NCBI GenBank assembly: GCA_038087875.1
Contig: CM075987.1
Span: forward strand, 18,292,001 to 18,356,000
Source: Malacoraja senta
Taxonomy: Eukaryota
Length of the DNA: 64,000 bases
Direction: 5' to 3'
Both the position numbers and the translations under genes were made by a program. This document shows positions 26,366-39,735 of the stretch, in pieces. Each line of letters starts with the position of its first letter. The first letter of the stretch is position 1. The notes under the pieces are model-generated. The model was not told the origin of the DNA. It saw only the letters and a program-made list of their open reading frames with translations, and searched no databases.

Positions 26366-27699
26366 TATACTCAGGACCCTGATTGATGGAGGCTAATGTA
26401 CCAGTAGCCTTCTTTATCACCATATCTACCTGTAATTCCACTTTCAGGGAACTGTGTGCCTATACACCGAGATCCCTCTGCTGTACAACAGTTTGTAGGC
26501 AAAGAGATTTTCTTCCCAGCATTTGCAATTGTAATTTTCACAATTTACCTAGTCATTGGAAATAAATAGTTTAATATGTTGGTTACTAAAGGATCAAAAT
26601 TAGTTTGTTGTGGTGACAATTGGGTGAACGAGCACGGACATTCACAGATCAGGGAGTGCTGATTCATTAATCCTGTCACGCTGAATATATATTATCGTGA
26701 AGTACATTGAACAAACTTAGTCTTGCAATTGCAGATTAATGCAGAGGATGAAAACACAGTGAGGTAACTAGGCAACACCCACTACCAGCTATCTGGTAGG
26801 GATCAGGACAAAGGTATCTGTTATTCTGCTGAACTCTTTGGGCTGCATTAAGAAAATCAATCATAAGCAGGCTTCTACTTATGGTACAGAACCCCATGTG
26901 CCAGAGGAACTCAGTCGGTCAGGCAGCATCTGTGGAGGTAATGGACAGGCAAAGTTTCAGGTTAGGACCCTTTGTCAGACCATGTTCTGTCCCTTCTACA
27001 TAAAATATCTGCTCATTTCTGAAACTATGCAATATAATAGAGTGACCAGAGTTTTAAATCCTTCCTTAATGTTTCTCAGTTCGAGCTCTAACTTATTGAA
27101 TCATAAGACTTGACATTTTTATGCATCCCGGTTAGGAAGCTTTACATTGAAAAGACAAATCCAACTTGACACTTCAGTACAGCACTGAGGGTGGTTCACT
27201 GCAGGAAGCAGTGAGCAAGAAATTCTATTGTGTAGTGCAAACTTCCAACGAGCTACAGACTGGAATTTTGCCCGGAAACAGCAATCTCCAACTCACTGTG
27301 CCACAGCAATTATTTTGTGGGGGGCAAAAACCAACACAAAGTGCTGGAGTAAGGTAGCACCACTCGAGGACTTGTATCGATAACGTTACAGATGGGGCTC
27401 ATACCTGTCCCGCTGAGTTACTCCGGCATTTTATGTCTATTTTTTGTGTGAACCAGCGTCTGCAGGTTGCACAGAAACTAAGAGCTGGGTATTTAACAAT
27501 AGATATGGTTACAGTTTTAGTTATCTGCCGTGATTCAAATGCACCATTTTCTTTCTTAATAAGAAGCAAATGAACTGAAATATACTTTGAAGAAGCAAGG
27601 AACAGGCTCAATCTATAATGCTTTGTTCAGATGAGATGTTAAACCAAGGACCTGGCAGCCATCTATAATGAATGCAAAAAGACTATTAAGCTATTTCAG

Positions 27700-28438
27700 G
27701 TTTAAGAAGGAACTGCAGATGCTGGAAAATCGAAGGTAGACAAAAGTGCTGGAGAAATTCAGCGGGTGCGTCAGGATCTGTGGAGCGAAGGAAATAGGCA
27801 ACGTTCCGGGCCGAAACCCTTCTTCAGACTGATGTAGGGTGGGGGGGGGCGGGAAGAAGAAAGGAAGAGGAGGAGCCAGAGGGCTGAGGGAGAGCTGAGA
27901 ATGGGAGGAGACAGTGAGGGCTACCTGAAATTGGAGCAGTCAATGTTCATGCCGCTGGGGTATAAACTGCCCAAGCGAAATATGAAGTGCTGCTCCTCAC
28001 TCTGGCCATGGAAGAGGCCCAGGACAGGAAGGTCGGATTCGGAATGGGAGGGGGAGTTGAAGTGCTGAGCCACCGGGAGATCAGGTTGGCTATTGCGGAC
28101 CGAGCGGAGGTGTTCGGCGAAGCGATCGCCAAGCCTACGCTTGGTCACACTGATGTAGATCAGCTGACATCTAGAGCAGCGGATGCAATAGATGAGGTTG
28201 GAGGAGGTGCAGGTGAACCTCTGTCGCACCTGGAACGACTGCTTGGGTCCTTGAATGGAGTCAAGGGGGGAGGTAAAGCGACAAGTGTAGCATCTCTTGC
28301 GGTTGCACGGGAAAGTGCCCGGGGAGGGGGTGGTACGGGTGGGGAGGGACGAATTGACCAGGGACCCCCTCCCCGGGCACTTTCCCTTGCAACCGCAAGA
28401 AATGCTACACTTGTCGCTTTACCTCCCCCTTGACTCCA
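27700..28438 (-). mobile_element. Penelope-like (Neptune-type) fragment with inverted 5' end
   Basis: GIY-YIG ORF 27921..28229; Cys-rich linker PGTFPCNRKKCYTC; inverted arms 28256-28331 and 28364-28438. Confidence 0.9.
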
Positions 28439-28595
28439 AATCAACAAAAAAACACAGTGGAGGACTCAAATATGGAAAGAAACTAATTAATCTTTCCAGT
28501 TTGCAAAACATAGGTCCCTTTTGTAAAAAATGTGGCATGTTCTCATTTGTATGTGGATCATCTCAATGGCCTAACAGAAATGTCTTTCCCTCCAG

Positions 28596-28690
28596 AATGA
28601 TTTGCATCGAGCCATTCAGAGAACGCAGTCTGCCATGTTCAACCAAGTGTCAATACTGATCTGCACTCTACTCTGCCTTGTCTTCACTGG
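28596..28690 (+). CDS. kcnt1: kcnt1 exon (S4-S5 linker, S5): [32 protein letters not shown]
   Basis: ccctccag|AAT ... GG|gtaagt; 95 nt. Confidence 0.95.
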
Positions 28691-29829
28691 GTAAGTGGAA
28701 AAATGTTTAACGTGTGTTTTTTAGGTTATTTCTTGAGTTTTCCAGTCTGCCAACCATGCTGTTGTGATGTAGCAACATTTTGATTAAGTTGGTAATATCC
28801 AGAGATGCTGTCTAAATTCTCAGTATGGTGCTGCCTTCTGTCACTCTTAATAAGCACTAGGATAAGTCCTGCTGTGCAGCACTCCCACTAAAGACGATGC
28901 TCTGACTTGAGTCATACGGATCCCTATATGCCAATGATCTGTTGCACCACAAAGATGATGGAGATTACAGGAGGAAATGTCTTTAATTCATGTCAAAGAT
29001 TCTTTATTAGTACAGGTGTCAGAGGTTATCGGGAGAAGGCAGGAGAATGGGGTTAGGAGGGAGAGATAGATCAACCATGATTGAATGGCGGAGTAGACTT
29101 GATGAACCGAATGGCCTAACTCTACTCCTATTCCTTATGACCTTATGACAAATTCCTCCACTGGCGATCGTCATACTTGGACCACACCTGGTTTACCGTG
29201 TGCAGTTCTGGGAACCAGCTACAGGAAAGATGTCATTAAGTTGGAAGGGAGTCACCAGGATGTTGCCTGGGTTCACCATTGCCTGCGGGCTTGAGCTATC
29301 AGGAGAGTGTGGATGGCATTGGGACTTTTCCTCTGTGGAGTGACCATATTGAAGAGTACAAGAACATGAGGGGCATGGATAAGGTGGACGTTCAATCTGT
29401 TTCCCAAGGTAGAGGATTCTAAAACTAGATGATGAGAGGGGAAAGATTTGGGAAGGATATTGGGGCAGCTTTTGCAAAGAGTGTAATCCGTGTCTGCAAT
29501 GAGTTGCCAGGTGAAGCCATAGAAGCAGATACAATTAAGACTTTTTAAAATACTTGTGGACAGATTTATGGATAGCAGACATTTAGAGCTAGATGGCACC
29601 ATCTTCGACAGACAAGGTGGGCTGAAAGGCCTGTTTCTATGCTGTATAGTTCGATGTCTGTGATGCCCTGGATTGAGTCATACAATACCCATTGGTGATC
29701 TATTATGTTACAAAGATCAAAGAGAAAACAGGGAAGAATTTGATTAGAGTATTATTTCTTGATTGTACTATTCAGGTTTAACTGACACAGTGACAGTGCC
29801 CAGTACCACACTCACAGAGTTCTGATGAT

Positions 29830-30297
29830 CTTCGAGTCAAGGATATATCCTTTTCAGAGCCTTCTTTGGTTCAAAGAATCCCAGGAGATTACCAGGCAGA
29901 CAACGTAAACGATTTAAGAATGTGCTCAAAGCTACCTTGAAAATGGGCACCATCTCCCCCCCCCTCCCCTCCCCCAGATACCCTTGGAAGCCTCTGGCTT
30001 GTGACTGCTGAAAGTGGAGGATTTAGACAGTCTGAAGAAGGGTCTCGACCCGTAACGTCACCCATTCCTTCTATTCAAACCAGCATCTGCAGTTCCTTCC
30101 TACAACGGATTTCGGGTAACTTTGGGGGACACATGCTTGCATTACATAAGTGGCAGAATTAGTGCACCACCTGAGAAACTATCCACTGCCACCAGGCCCA
30201 GCAGTGGAAGATTCTGCAATTTCCATATTGTCCTCAGAACCCACAAACCCAGAGTAGCAGCAAGTCATCCTGCATTCTGAAGGACTGCCTAAAAGAA
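29830..30297 (+). mobile_element. RTE (BovB-like) 3' fragment interrupted by a pLTR piece (about 30025-30105)
   Basis: GRQRKRFKNVLKATLK..W..LA..KWR-like remnant. Confidence 0.55.
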
Positions 30298-31353
30298 ATG
30301 AGTTGCCAGTCACAATAAATGATTCTCGCAGACTGGAGCAGTAAGCTCAATTTTTAATTCACTTTCTGAGTATTTTACAGAGTCTAAATTAAAAATTGGA
30401 CCATACCCATACAGTTAGAGTAGAAAATAATTGTTTTCTTAATTTCTTTTGTTTTTGAATTAAATATGTGAAATAATTCATTTTAGGGCCATATAGCTTG
30501 CTAAGTAGTAATTATGGCTCAAAAACTAAGGAATATATATTTCCCTTGACCTCAGCAGGCAGTGCAGCCCATACAGATGCACTGAATCTGCGATAGCAAC
30601 TTTGGGCTTTCAGTGCTAACTTATGACAGCAGAGGAAACCCAAGTCCGATGCCTGTTTTGTAGAGAACTTTCAATAATGTCACTACTACAAAAGAAAACT
30701 GGTTGTAGTGGCAGCTGTCATCCAATGGAACTGTAGTAAAGAGATTAAAAACTTCCAGGAGCAGTGAATGTAGTCTGGAAGATCTTAACACTGTGAAGTT
30801 ATTAGAACATAGAACAGTACCGCACTGGAACAGGCCCTTCAGCTCACAATGTCTGTGCCGAACATGAAGCCAAGTTCAACTAATTTCCTCTGCCTGCCCA
30901 TGATCCATATCCCTCCATTCCCTGCACATCCATGTGCCTATCTAAAAGCTTTGAAAATGCCACCGTTGTATTTGTTTCCACCACCACCCCTGTCTGCGCG
31001 CTCCAGGCCCAAACCACTCGCTGTATTAAAAAACATGCCCTGCACATCTCCTTTAAAATTTTCTCCTCTCACTTTAAGGCTATGATCTCTAGTCTTTAAC
31101 ATCTTCACCCTGGGGAGGGGGGTGGGGCGATGACTGTCTACCCTAGCAATGCTTCTCATAATTCTATCAGGTCTCCCCTCAACCTCCACACTCCAGAGAA
31201 AACAATCCGAGTTTGTCCAACCTCTAACGAGAGCTATTACCCTCTAATCTGGTCAGCGTAAACCACCTCTACACCCTTTCCAAAGCCTCCACATCCTTCC
31301 TGTAATGGAGCATCTAATACTGCGCACAACAACTTGTTAATGAATAGTGATAG

Positions 31354-31935
31354 ACAGAAAAAGCTGGAGTAACTCAGCGGGTCAGGCAGCATCTCTGGAG
31401 AAAAGGAATAGGTGATGTTTTGGGACATAGGAGACCTTTCTTCTGACTGAGAGTCAGGGGAAAGGGAAACGAGAGATATAGACGGTGATACGATAGGATA
31501 AAACTTTATTCATCCCCGGAGGGAAATGGTTTGCCTCCGTAATTTTGTAATGCCAAAAAGTAACGACAATATGCCTGTTTCCTTTATTATCGTAACTTTT
31601 TGCATATTTCATTCATTTGTTCTATATCTCTCTACATCACCGTCTATATCTCTCGTTTCCCTTTCCGCTGACTCTCAGTCTGAAGAAGGTTACCGACCCG
31701 AAACATCACCTATTCCTTTTCCCCAGAGATGCTGAGTTATCCCAGCTTTTTGCATTGAGGCATAGAGTGATACAGTGTGGAAACAGGCCTTTCGGCCCAA
31801 CTTGCCCATACCGGCCAACAATGTCCCAGCTACACTAGTCCCACTTGCCTGCGCTTGGTCCATATCCCTCCAAACCTGTCCATCCATTTGTGTCTATCTT
31901 CAGTTTAAACCAGCATCTGGACTTCCTTCCTACAC
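31354..31935. mobile_element. Palindromic Penelope pLTR mini-element with nested inserts
   Basis: Inverted pLTR arms; 15-bp TSD aatgaat(a/c)gtgatag (31339-31353, 31936-31950). Confidence 0.75.
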
Positions 31936-33439
31936 AATGAATCGTGATAGTAGTTAATTAAAACCCTGCAGTAATATTAAATCACAAGCAAATGTGGGCT
32001 TCTCAGTCCAATGTGCATTTGGGTCACTTAGTTTAATATATTCCTGTACAACATCAGTTTGATTTGAATACAAATAATTCAAAGCAAAGACAGCTCACAC
32101 TAACAACAAAATATGATAAAAATGATTATTTTTAATGTGGACATTAATATGCAAAAAGCCTAAATGTTGAAAATAGCTGCAGAGCATAATAAATCTAACC
32201 CCAAAGAATTGAAGGTTAGGAGACCAGTGCTCAAAACCAGGAACAATCAGAACATGGCAGGCAACGCTTTTGCCTTATTGGTGACGTTACCTCAATTCTT
32301 TTATACTTCCATCAACCTTCTGAGGTGAAGTCTTTGTTTACGTTCCCATTATTAGTGAATTAATAGCTTTTGAAATGAGTCATCTTCGGGTAGTATAAGG
32401 TTGCTTCTAAGGTTGCTTCTCCTTCCTGCCACAGTACAAAGTAAACATACAATTGATATTGTGCTGTGGAGGATGCAGTTTCCTTGCAAAATAAATCGTT
32501 ATTCTCCTTTGTTAAAATGCGCCTTACGCCCTCCCATTGGCTATATTTAAGAGGGAGTTAGATGTGGCCCTTGTGGCTAAAGGGATCAGGGGGTATGGAG
32601 AGAAGGCAGGTACGGGATACTGAGTTGGATGATCAGCCATGATCATATTGAATGGCGGTGCAGGCTCGAAGGGCCGAATGGCCTACTCCTGCACCTATTT
32701 TCTATGTATCTATGTATGACCGAGCTTTTTGTCATTGTCATTAATGTTCCTTCTGTGCCTAATTTTCAACTTTTCATAGAATAATTGAGTCATTGGTGCA
32801 CAGAATGAAGCCATTCGGCCCATTCAGCCCTTGCTTGCTTCGTAGGGCAATCCAGTTAACGTCAATCCCCTGCACTTTCTCGTGGTTTTCTCTCAGATGT
32901 TTCTCAGGTATCCTTTGATAATCAGTCCTGATTGATTCTGCTTCCACCTGCCTGAGCTCCAGAACATAATAAATCACTGAGTTTACAAAAAGAACAATTT
33001 CCTCAAACCTTTGCACAAAATTTTAAATCTCTATTCTCTGATCAACCAACTCCCCATTAACGGGAGCAGGTTCTCTGCAATGAAACAAAAAAAAGACGCG
33101 ATCAATCTCCTCTCGGTATTTTTGTTCTGAGGAAGAAAACCCATTAGTTTCTCCAATTGAACCTTCTAACTGATTGAAGTTGGGTCTTTGATATATTTCA
33201 GAACATTTTTGTGTTATAAGCACCACATAAATGGCATTTTAAAAAATAGATATCTTTTCGCCATTTAATTTTATTTCTAATCAACAAAATGTCTTGGGCA
33301 AATTGTTTCAGGCATGTTTGCTGAAAAATGATTCAACAGCCTGTCGTTTGTTAGGAACGGCAATCAACTAGAAACTGGCCAAGTGACGGCACATTGATAC
33401 GATCACAGCAAAAGCACATCTACTTCTTGAGAAGATTGA

Positions 33440-34017
33440 GGAGATTCGACATGCCACCGAATAGTCTATCGAACCTCTACACGTAGAGAGCCTACTGACT
33501 GGTTGCATCATGACCTCAGTCACACCCAGGAATAGACTCCCATCATTCCTGGGTGTTCGGTAACTGGAATGCCCAGGAATGAAGGAGGCTCTAGAGAGTG
33601 GTGGACTCTGCCTATCGTGGATACTGACCGTCAAAGAGATCTACAGGAGGCAGTATGGCAGCCCCAATGTCATCAATGACCTATGCTCGTATCTCACCAC
33701 TATCTTGAGGTAATAGATACAGGAGCCTGAAAACCATGATCTCCAGGTTCAAGGACAGCTTTTTCTCAGCAACCATCTTGAACACTAACTTCAGTAACTA
33801 TGATGTTCGTTTGACTTTGGTTTGCTTGCACTATTGGCTTTGGTTTCACCCTATCATGGTCTGTTACCTAGTATCACTGATCATAATTTATTGTATTAAT
33901 GCTTAATGTATATTCATGCATGTGTTATTCCATTAATTGGCCTGTAAAGCTGCAGCTGGTAAGAATTACTTTGTTCCATTGCCGACATACACGACTATTC
34001 AATACACTTGAATCTTG
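33440..34017 (+). mobile_element. Degenerate Rex1/Babar-like LINE 3' fragment
   Basis: ...tacaggagcctgaaaacc..ccaggttcaaggacagctt.. motif typical of Rex1 3' ends as recalled. Confidence 0.55.
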
Positions 34018-35455
34018 TCACTAAAAGGGCAGCGTTTCTGGAGCTTGCTCAACCTAATGCTCAGTTGTATTAAAATTAATGGGACTAAATATTGGGCAGA
34101 GCATGTGACAGGAATAATATTCAACATTCACAATGATGCCTGTCTAAATTTCTGCTCTGTTGAGTCAGGAAAACAATAATGATTGTTTATGCATGACTTG
34201 GTCATCGCAATAAAATACCACGTAGGTTTGTGATGTCCATTCCCTCCTGGTTATAAGGATCCTTGTTAAGTCATTAAGTGTCTGCATGTTAAATTCTCAG
34301 TGGACTGACTTGCTGCATATAAAAGGAAAAACCTAGGATATCCATGTCAGAGCCTTAAACATGGGCTGGGTCAGTGGCCTTTGGACCTTATTGACCTACC
34401 TAAGTCCTCAACAAAACACACAGTGCTGGAGGACCTCAGTGGAGTGGAGGCAGTGGAGGGACTGGACAGTTCATGATTTGCCAATAGAAGAGTTTGACCC
34501 AACATTACCTGTCCTTTCCCACCTGACTCGCTGAGTTCACCCAGCATTTTGTGTTTTGTTCAAGATTCCAGCATTTGCTGTTCCTTTTGTTTGCCAAAAT
34601 CCTCACTTGTAGTCTAAATAGTTACTGCCTCTTGAAGTGGGAATTGAAGCTTGTGAGGTAGATATGAAGTGATAGAAATTTCCATTGTAGAAAATTAGAC
34701 TTAGATGTTTGCAGTTGCCTTCAGGGACATTGTACAATAGAAAAGGGATGCGGCTGATAAAGAATAGATGCACCTGAAGTTTATGCAATTTAAATATTTT
34801 AATTTGTATTTGTGTAATATCTAAAGGTATATAATAAAATAGAGCACTGCACATAGCTCAGTTACAAAATGACCTGGGAGTCTAAAGTTTTGTTATGAGA
34901 GGCAATTTATTCCCGCAGTGGGTGGTGCATATATGGAATGAGCTGCCAAAGGAAGTTGCTGAAAAGGATACAATTACAACTTTCAGAATATTTGGATAGA
35001 TATATGGATAGGAAGGATTTACAGGGATATGGGTGAAATACAGGCAAATGGAGTTAGCCCAAAATGCACAACTTGGGCTGAAAGGTCTGTTTCCATCTGT
35101 ATAGGCGTGTGGTTTTATAAACTCCAACTAGTGGACCTCTTCCTAAGTTGGAGTACTGAAACGCCAGTTTCTGCTAAAATACATTATTAAGAGTAAATGG
35201 AACGTCATAATTGGGCTTGGAGAGCTTAGCAGTAACTCCAGATAAACAAGTGGTTCTCTGCTCCAACATGGAAACCTTTTGTCTTTTTGTGTACAATATA
35301 TATTTTTGGAATCGCTGGTTGTGTACATATTCTCCGCAGAATTCCTTGCCTTGAGTGGTGATTATAACTCAGAAGTACTTAATTGACTGCAACACTCTTT
35401 GGAGTGTCCAAAGAATACAAAGTGTGCCAGAGAAATGCAAAGATAGATACAAAAT

Positions 35456-35946
35456 CTATTGCATCCGCTGCTCGAGGTGTCAGCTGCTCTACGTCGGTGA
35501 GACCAAGCGTAGGCTTGGCGATCGCTTCGCCCAACACCTCCGCTCGGTTCGCAATGGACAAGCTGATCTCCCGGTGGCTCAGCACTTCAACTCCCCCTCC
35601 CATTCCAAATCCAATCTTTCTGTCCTGGGCCTCCTCCATGGCCAGAGTGAGGCCCATCGTAAATTGGAGGAGCAGCACCTCATATTTCGCTTGGGTAGTT
35701 TACACCCCAGCGGTATGAACATTGACCTCCAATTTCAGGTAGTCCTTGCTTTGTCCTTCTTTCCCCTGCCCTTCCCAGCTCTCCCACAGCCCATTGTCTC
35801 CGCCTCTTCCTTTCTTCTTCCCGCCCCCCCCCCCACCCCCACCCCACATCAGTCTGAAGAAGGGTCTCGACCCGAAACTTCGCCTATTTCCTTCACTCCA
35901 TAGATGCTGCCTTACCCGCTGAGTTTCTCCAGCATTTTTGTCTACC
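35456..35946 (+). mobile_element. Penelope-like GIY-YIG plus pLTR fragment
   Basis: IYCIRCSRCQLLYVGETKRRLGDRFAQH...RKLEEQHLIFRLGSLHPSGMN; flanked by an 8-bp direct repeat tacaaaat. Confidence 0.9.
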
Positions 35947-36037
35947 TACAAAATACTGGAGTAACTCAACGGGTCAGGCAGCAGCTCTGGAGAAAAAGGT
36001 GGAGTGAAGTTTCAGGTTGGGACCATTTGTCAGACTG

Positions 36038-36205
36038 AAGGGCTGTCCCACTTATGTAAATTTTTCGCCGACTTGCCGGCACCCGTCATAGTCGCCGCAG
36101 GTCAGTGAAAATTTTCAAAATGTTGAAAATCCAGCGGCAACCAGAAAAAGGTACGACTCTTTAGGCGACTACTCACGACCATACAGGAGTCACCCCACGG
36201 TCGGC
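36038..36205. mobile_element. Truncated related MITE (aagggctgtcccactt end)
   Basis: One terminus resembles the MITEs above; CpG-rich; no second TIR seen. Confidence 0.45.
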
Positions 36206-38984
36206 TTATTTCTTACGTCTGCTTTGTTAGTGTGACCAGAAATTAATTGACATAGTTTCTACATCCAGTAAAAAAAAATTGGCATATATTTGTTCAGGAT
36301 TTATTCTGTTATTAAGCTGTGTTCCATAATAAAATAAAAGGCAGATGGTCCAAATATAGATTGGTTCCTGCCAGATATGACCAAAGCTTCCAGATGCTTC
36401 CGGACATCTTTGTCAAACGTAGAAGCTGATAATTTATACCCAACAAAAATGCTACAAATAACAACAGTCTCAAAGGTGAAGGGTTCAGAGAACTTTGGTG
36501 CCAAAAAGAGTACTGCACTGACATCAAGATTATAGCAACTTGGTTGAGGCTTCTAGTTATAAGGAACAGTTGAGAAATGTGTGGATTGATAATAGGCCAC
36601 TTGGAGAGGTTGAGAATGTGCCGACATTTATACTGATCTTTGGAGAGATTTTAATATTAGTTAGAATTGAGATAATTCTATCTATAGCAATATTATAAAC
36701 AACATAGAGAAGTACAGCACAGGAACAGACCCTTGGGCACAGTGTCTGTGTCGGACAAGCCTCGTTAAACTAATCCCTCTCTCCTGTATGTACCTATCAC
36801 TTGCTAGGCTGTATTCCACTCCCAGCTGGTGGGAATCTGTGGATGGTGAATCTATGAAATTTATTGCTACAGAAGGCTGTGGAGGCCGAATCTCATCACA
36901 TTTCTCCAAAGATCAGTGTAAATTTCAGCACTTTCTCAACCTCTCCAGTGGCCGATTTGCCTGCATTTGGTCCATATCCCTCTAAACCTTTCCTATCCAT
37001 GTGCTTGTCCAAATGTCTTCTAAATGCTGTTATTGTACCTGCCTCAACTACCTCCTCTGACAGCTCATTCCATATACCCACAACCCTCTGTTCCTATGAA
37101 CTCTTTCACCTCTCAGCTGATAAAACCTAAGGCCACCTGTTCTTGATTCCTCTAACCTGTGAAAAAAGACTCTGCACATTCACCTATCCCCGTTACAATT
37201 TTAAATATCTTTACAAGATAACTCCTCATCCTCCTGCGCTCCAAGGAATGTACGTGGATCATGTGAAGGCAGATGAGATTAGTTTATCTTGGCCTCATGG
37301 TTGGTGCAAACATTGAGGACCGAAGGCTCTGTTCCTGTGTTGCATTGTGCTGTTCTGTAAATAAGGCCCTAGCCTGCTTAATCTATCACTAGCCCAGGCC
37401 CTTGAGTCCTGGCAACAAGCTATTAAATCTTCACCATTTCCAGCTTAATGGCCTCCTTCCTACAGCAGGGTGACCAGCTTTGTGCGATACACTTCATCTG
37501 TTAAAGACCCAACAGCACAATGTATCAAATGTGCTCATGGATATGCATTACTTAATCAGTATTACTCAACTCGAGAATAATAGTCTCATTGCTGTGTCAG
37601 GACTGTTATAGAATAACTGCTTTAAGCTGCTCATGTGCCAAAGATCACTGCATTGTTTTTTTGGAGACACAGAGCCATTTTGACAATGATGATGAGGGGT
37701 ACAATACAAATATGGGCAGATAGATTTATCATGTATATATTCTTTCTGTCAACTTTTAAACAAATCTGTGTCATTTCACCATCTCCTGAGAAAGCTCTTG
37801 TAGAGCAGATCTGTTAATTACTGTGATATTGATGGTGATGGGTGTTTATCTTTATTACAGTGCACTAACATCACAGGAAATGTCTAGGTGATGGCGATTG
37901 TACCGTTACTACCCATTTCGGTGTGATTAATGTAATTTTACATAGATTTAAATAGTTTGTCTTCGCTGTGCGTTCTCCAAATTGCCGTCAAATGGCCCAC
38001 ACTTGGGCTTGCAAGTTGACATTTCTAAACCTATTTACAAGATGGCAAGGACTATTTCAGGTGAATCCAAAAGCACAAATTTTACTGAACCCTCTCAATG
38101 ATATGTTTTTTTAATAATATTCTTTTTATCACAAAGTGGTGGTGATTGTTGTTCAGTGAGGCTGTGGATTTGTGAGTCAGAGACCGGGTGCTGTAAAAGT
38201 CCAAAGATCCACCGCCTGATAGATAGTTCAGTATTCCAGATGGTTCAACAGCTGGTTCACCAGGTGCTGATACCCGTTTTGCCCGCTACACATTATGTTA
38301 CACACTATTAAATGTCCAGAGGCTACGAAAATATAGACTGGCCTTCATAGCTGTTTTATTTATGGAACTGTGGACGTTCAAGTATCCCCTCAATTTAACA
38401 AACGGTTTGGATTAACGTAACATTAAGCAAACTTTCATAAATCATTGAAGTTGATATATTGATACAGGGTAGCCTTGTGTGCAGAGAGTGGCCCACAGTT
38501 TACCACAAAAACAATTTAATTCGTAAGTTAAGGGATCAATGGTGCATAGTCAATGGCAGGACAGCAAACATTTGTAAACAGAGGATCTCTTGTATGTCAG
38601 GTTTACAGCATGTAGTGAATTTGTTGCACGAGTTGTGAGTGAAATCTCATTTGTGCAGCCTGTGGAAGAATAGGACATTGCCATAATTGCCTTAAACTCA
38701 CCAGGGCCCTGGTTCTTGCACTTTCTTTCATCTCACCAGGATCCCAATCCCTGCACTGCCTTGAACCTCACAGAATGTTGTTTCCTGCACTTCCTGCTGG
38801 GTTTGTCGGGGAATTTATAAAACTCCTGTGTAACATCTTATAAAAAGAAAAGTGAGTTAGATATGTTTTGGCGTATGATTTGGACTAATTTCCATCATCC
38901 CCAAAAAATCCACTATCCCAGCACCGCTCAAGCCCCGAGCTTGGTGGATTAACAATGTTTAGCTGTACTTTCTTGATGTACTGT

Positions 38985-39735
38985 AGATAGATAGATAGAT
39001 AAACATTTATTGTCACATACACCAATTGGTGCAGTGAAATTTGACTTGCCAATGCAGCACACAAATAAAGATTACATCCAAGAATTTAACAACATAAAAA
39101 CATCCCCCCACAATGGTTCCCACTGTGGGGGGAAGGCAGCAATGTCCAGTCCCATCCCCAGTTCACCCATAGTCGGGGCCTATTGAGGCCTCTGCAGTCG
39201 CCGCTATGGCAGCCCGATGCCTCAGGCCCTCTCGCCGGATGATGGAATTCTGGCGTCGGGTGAACACTCTCAGCGGCCCGGAGTGTCTGGAGCGGCCGCT
39301 CCCTCCCAGTAGACCACGGCTCCCGAAGTCCACGAGCCGCGAGCCGCGCCGGTCGATGCTCCGACTCTGGCGACCTCATCGTCAGATCCCAGGCTCCGCG
39401 GTGTTTAGAGCTCAGCGCCGCCCGCGGCTGGAAGCTCCACTGACCGCAGACCGCAGACCACAGACCGCAGCTCCGCGATGTTGGTGCCGGCTGTCACAGC
39501 ACTCCGGAGCTTACTGCACGGCGACCCGGGTTAGGCATCGCCCGCTCCGCGATGGTACTTCAGCGCTGTGCCGCCGCCGAAGCTGAAGTCCTGGCCGGTC
39601 CCGGCAGGAAAACGCCGCTCCAGTCTGCCCGTAGGCCGCGAGGAAGGGGCGAAGATACGGCTCGGAGAAAAGCCGCATCTCCGACCAGGTAGGGACTGAG
39701 AAAATAGTTTCCCCCTTCCCCCCCCCCAACCCCCA
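38985..39735 (-). mobile_element. GC/CpG-rich non-coding retroposon with (tcta)n tail
   Basis: aataaatgtt(tatc)n 3' tail on minus, 3' hairpin, CpG-rich body without credible ORF. Confidence 0.5.

Noticed and set aside
37861..37887. Possible 27-nt phase 2-2 microexon (ttattacag|TGCACTAAC...TCTAG|gtgatg)
   Set aside because: It would insert 9 mostly polar residues into S5; the donor is mediocre and there is no homology support.
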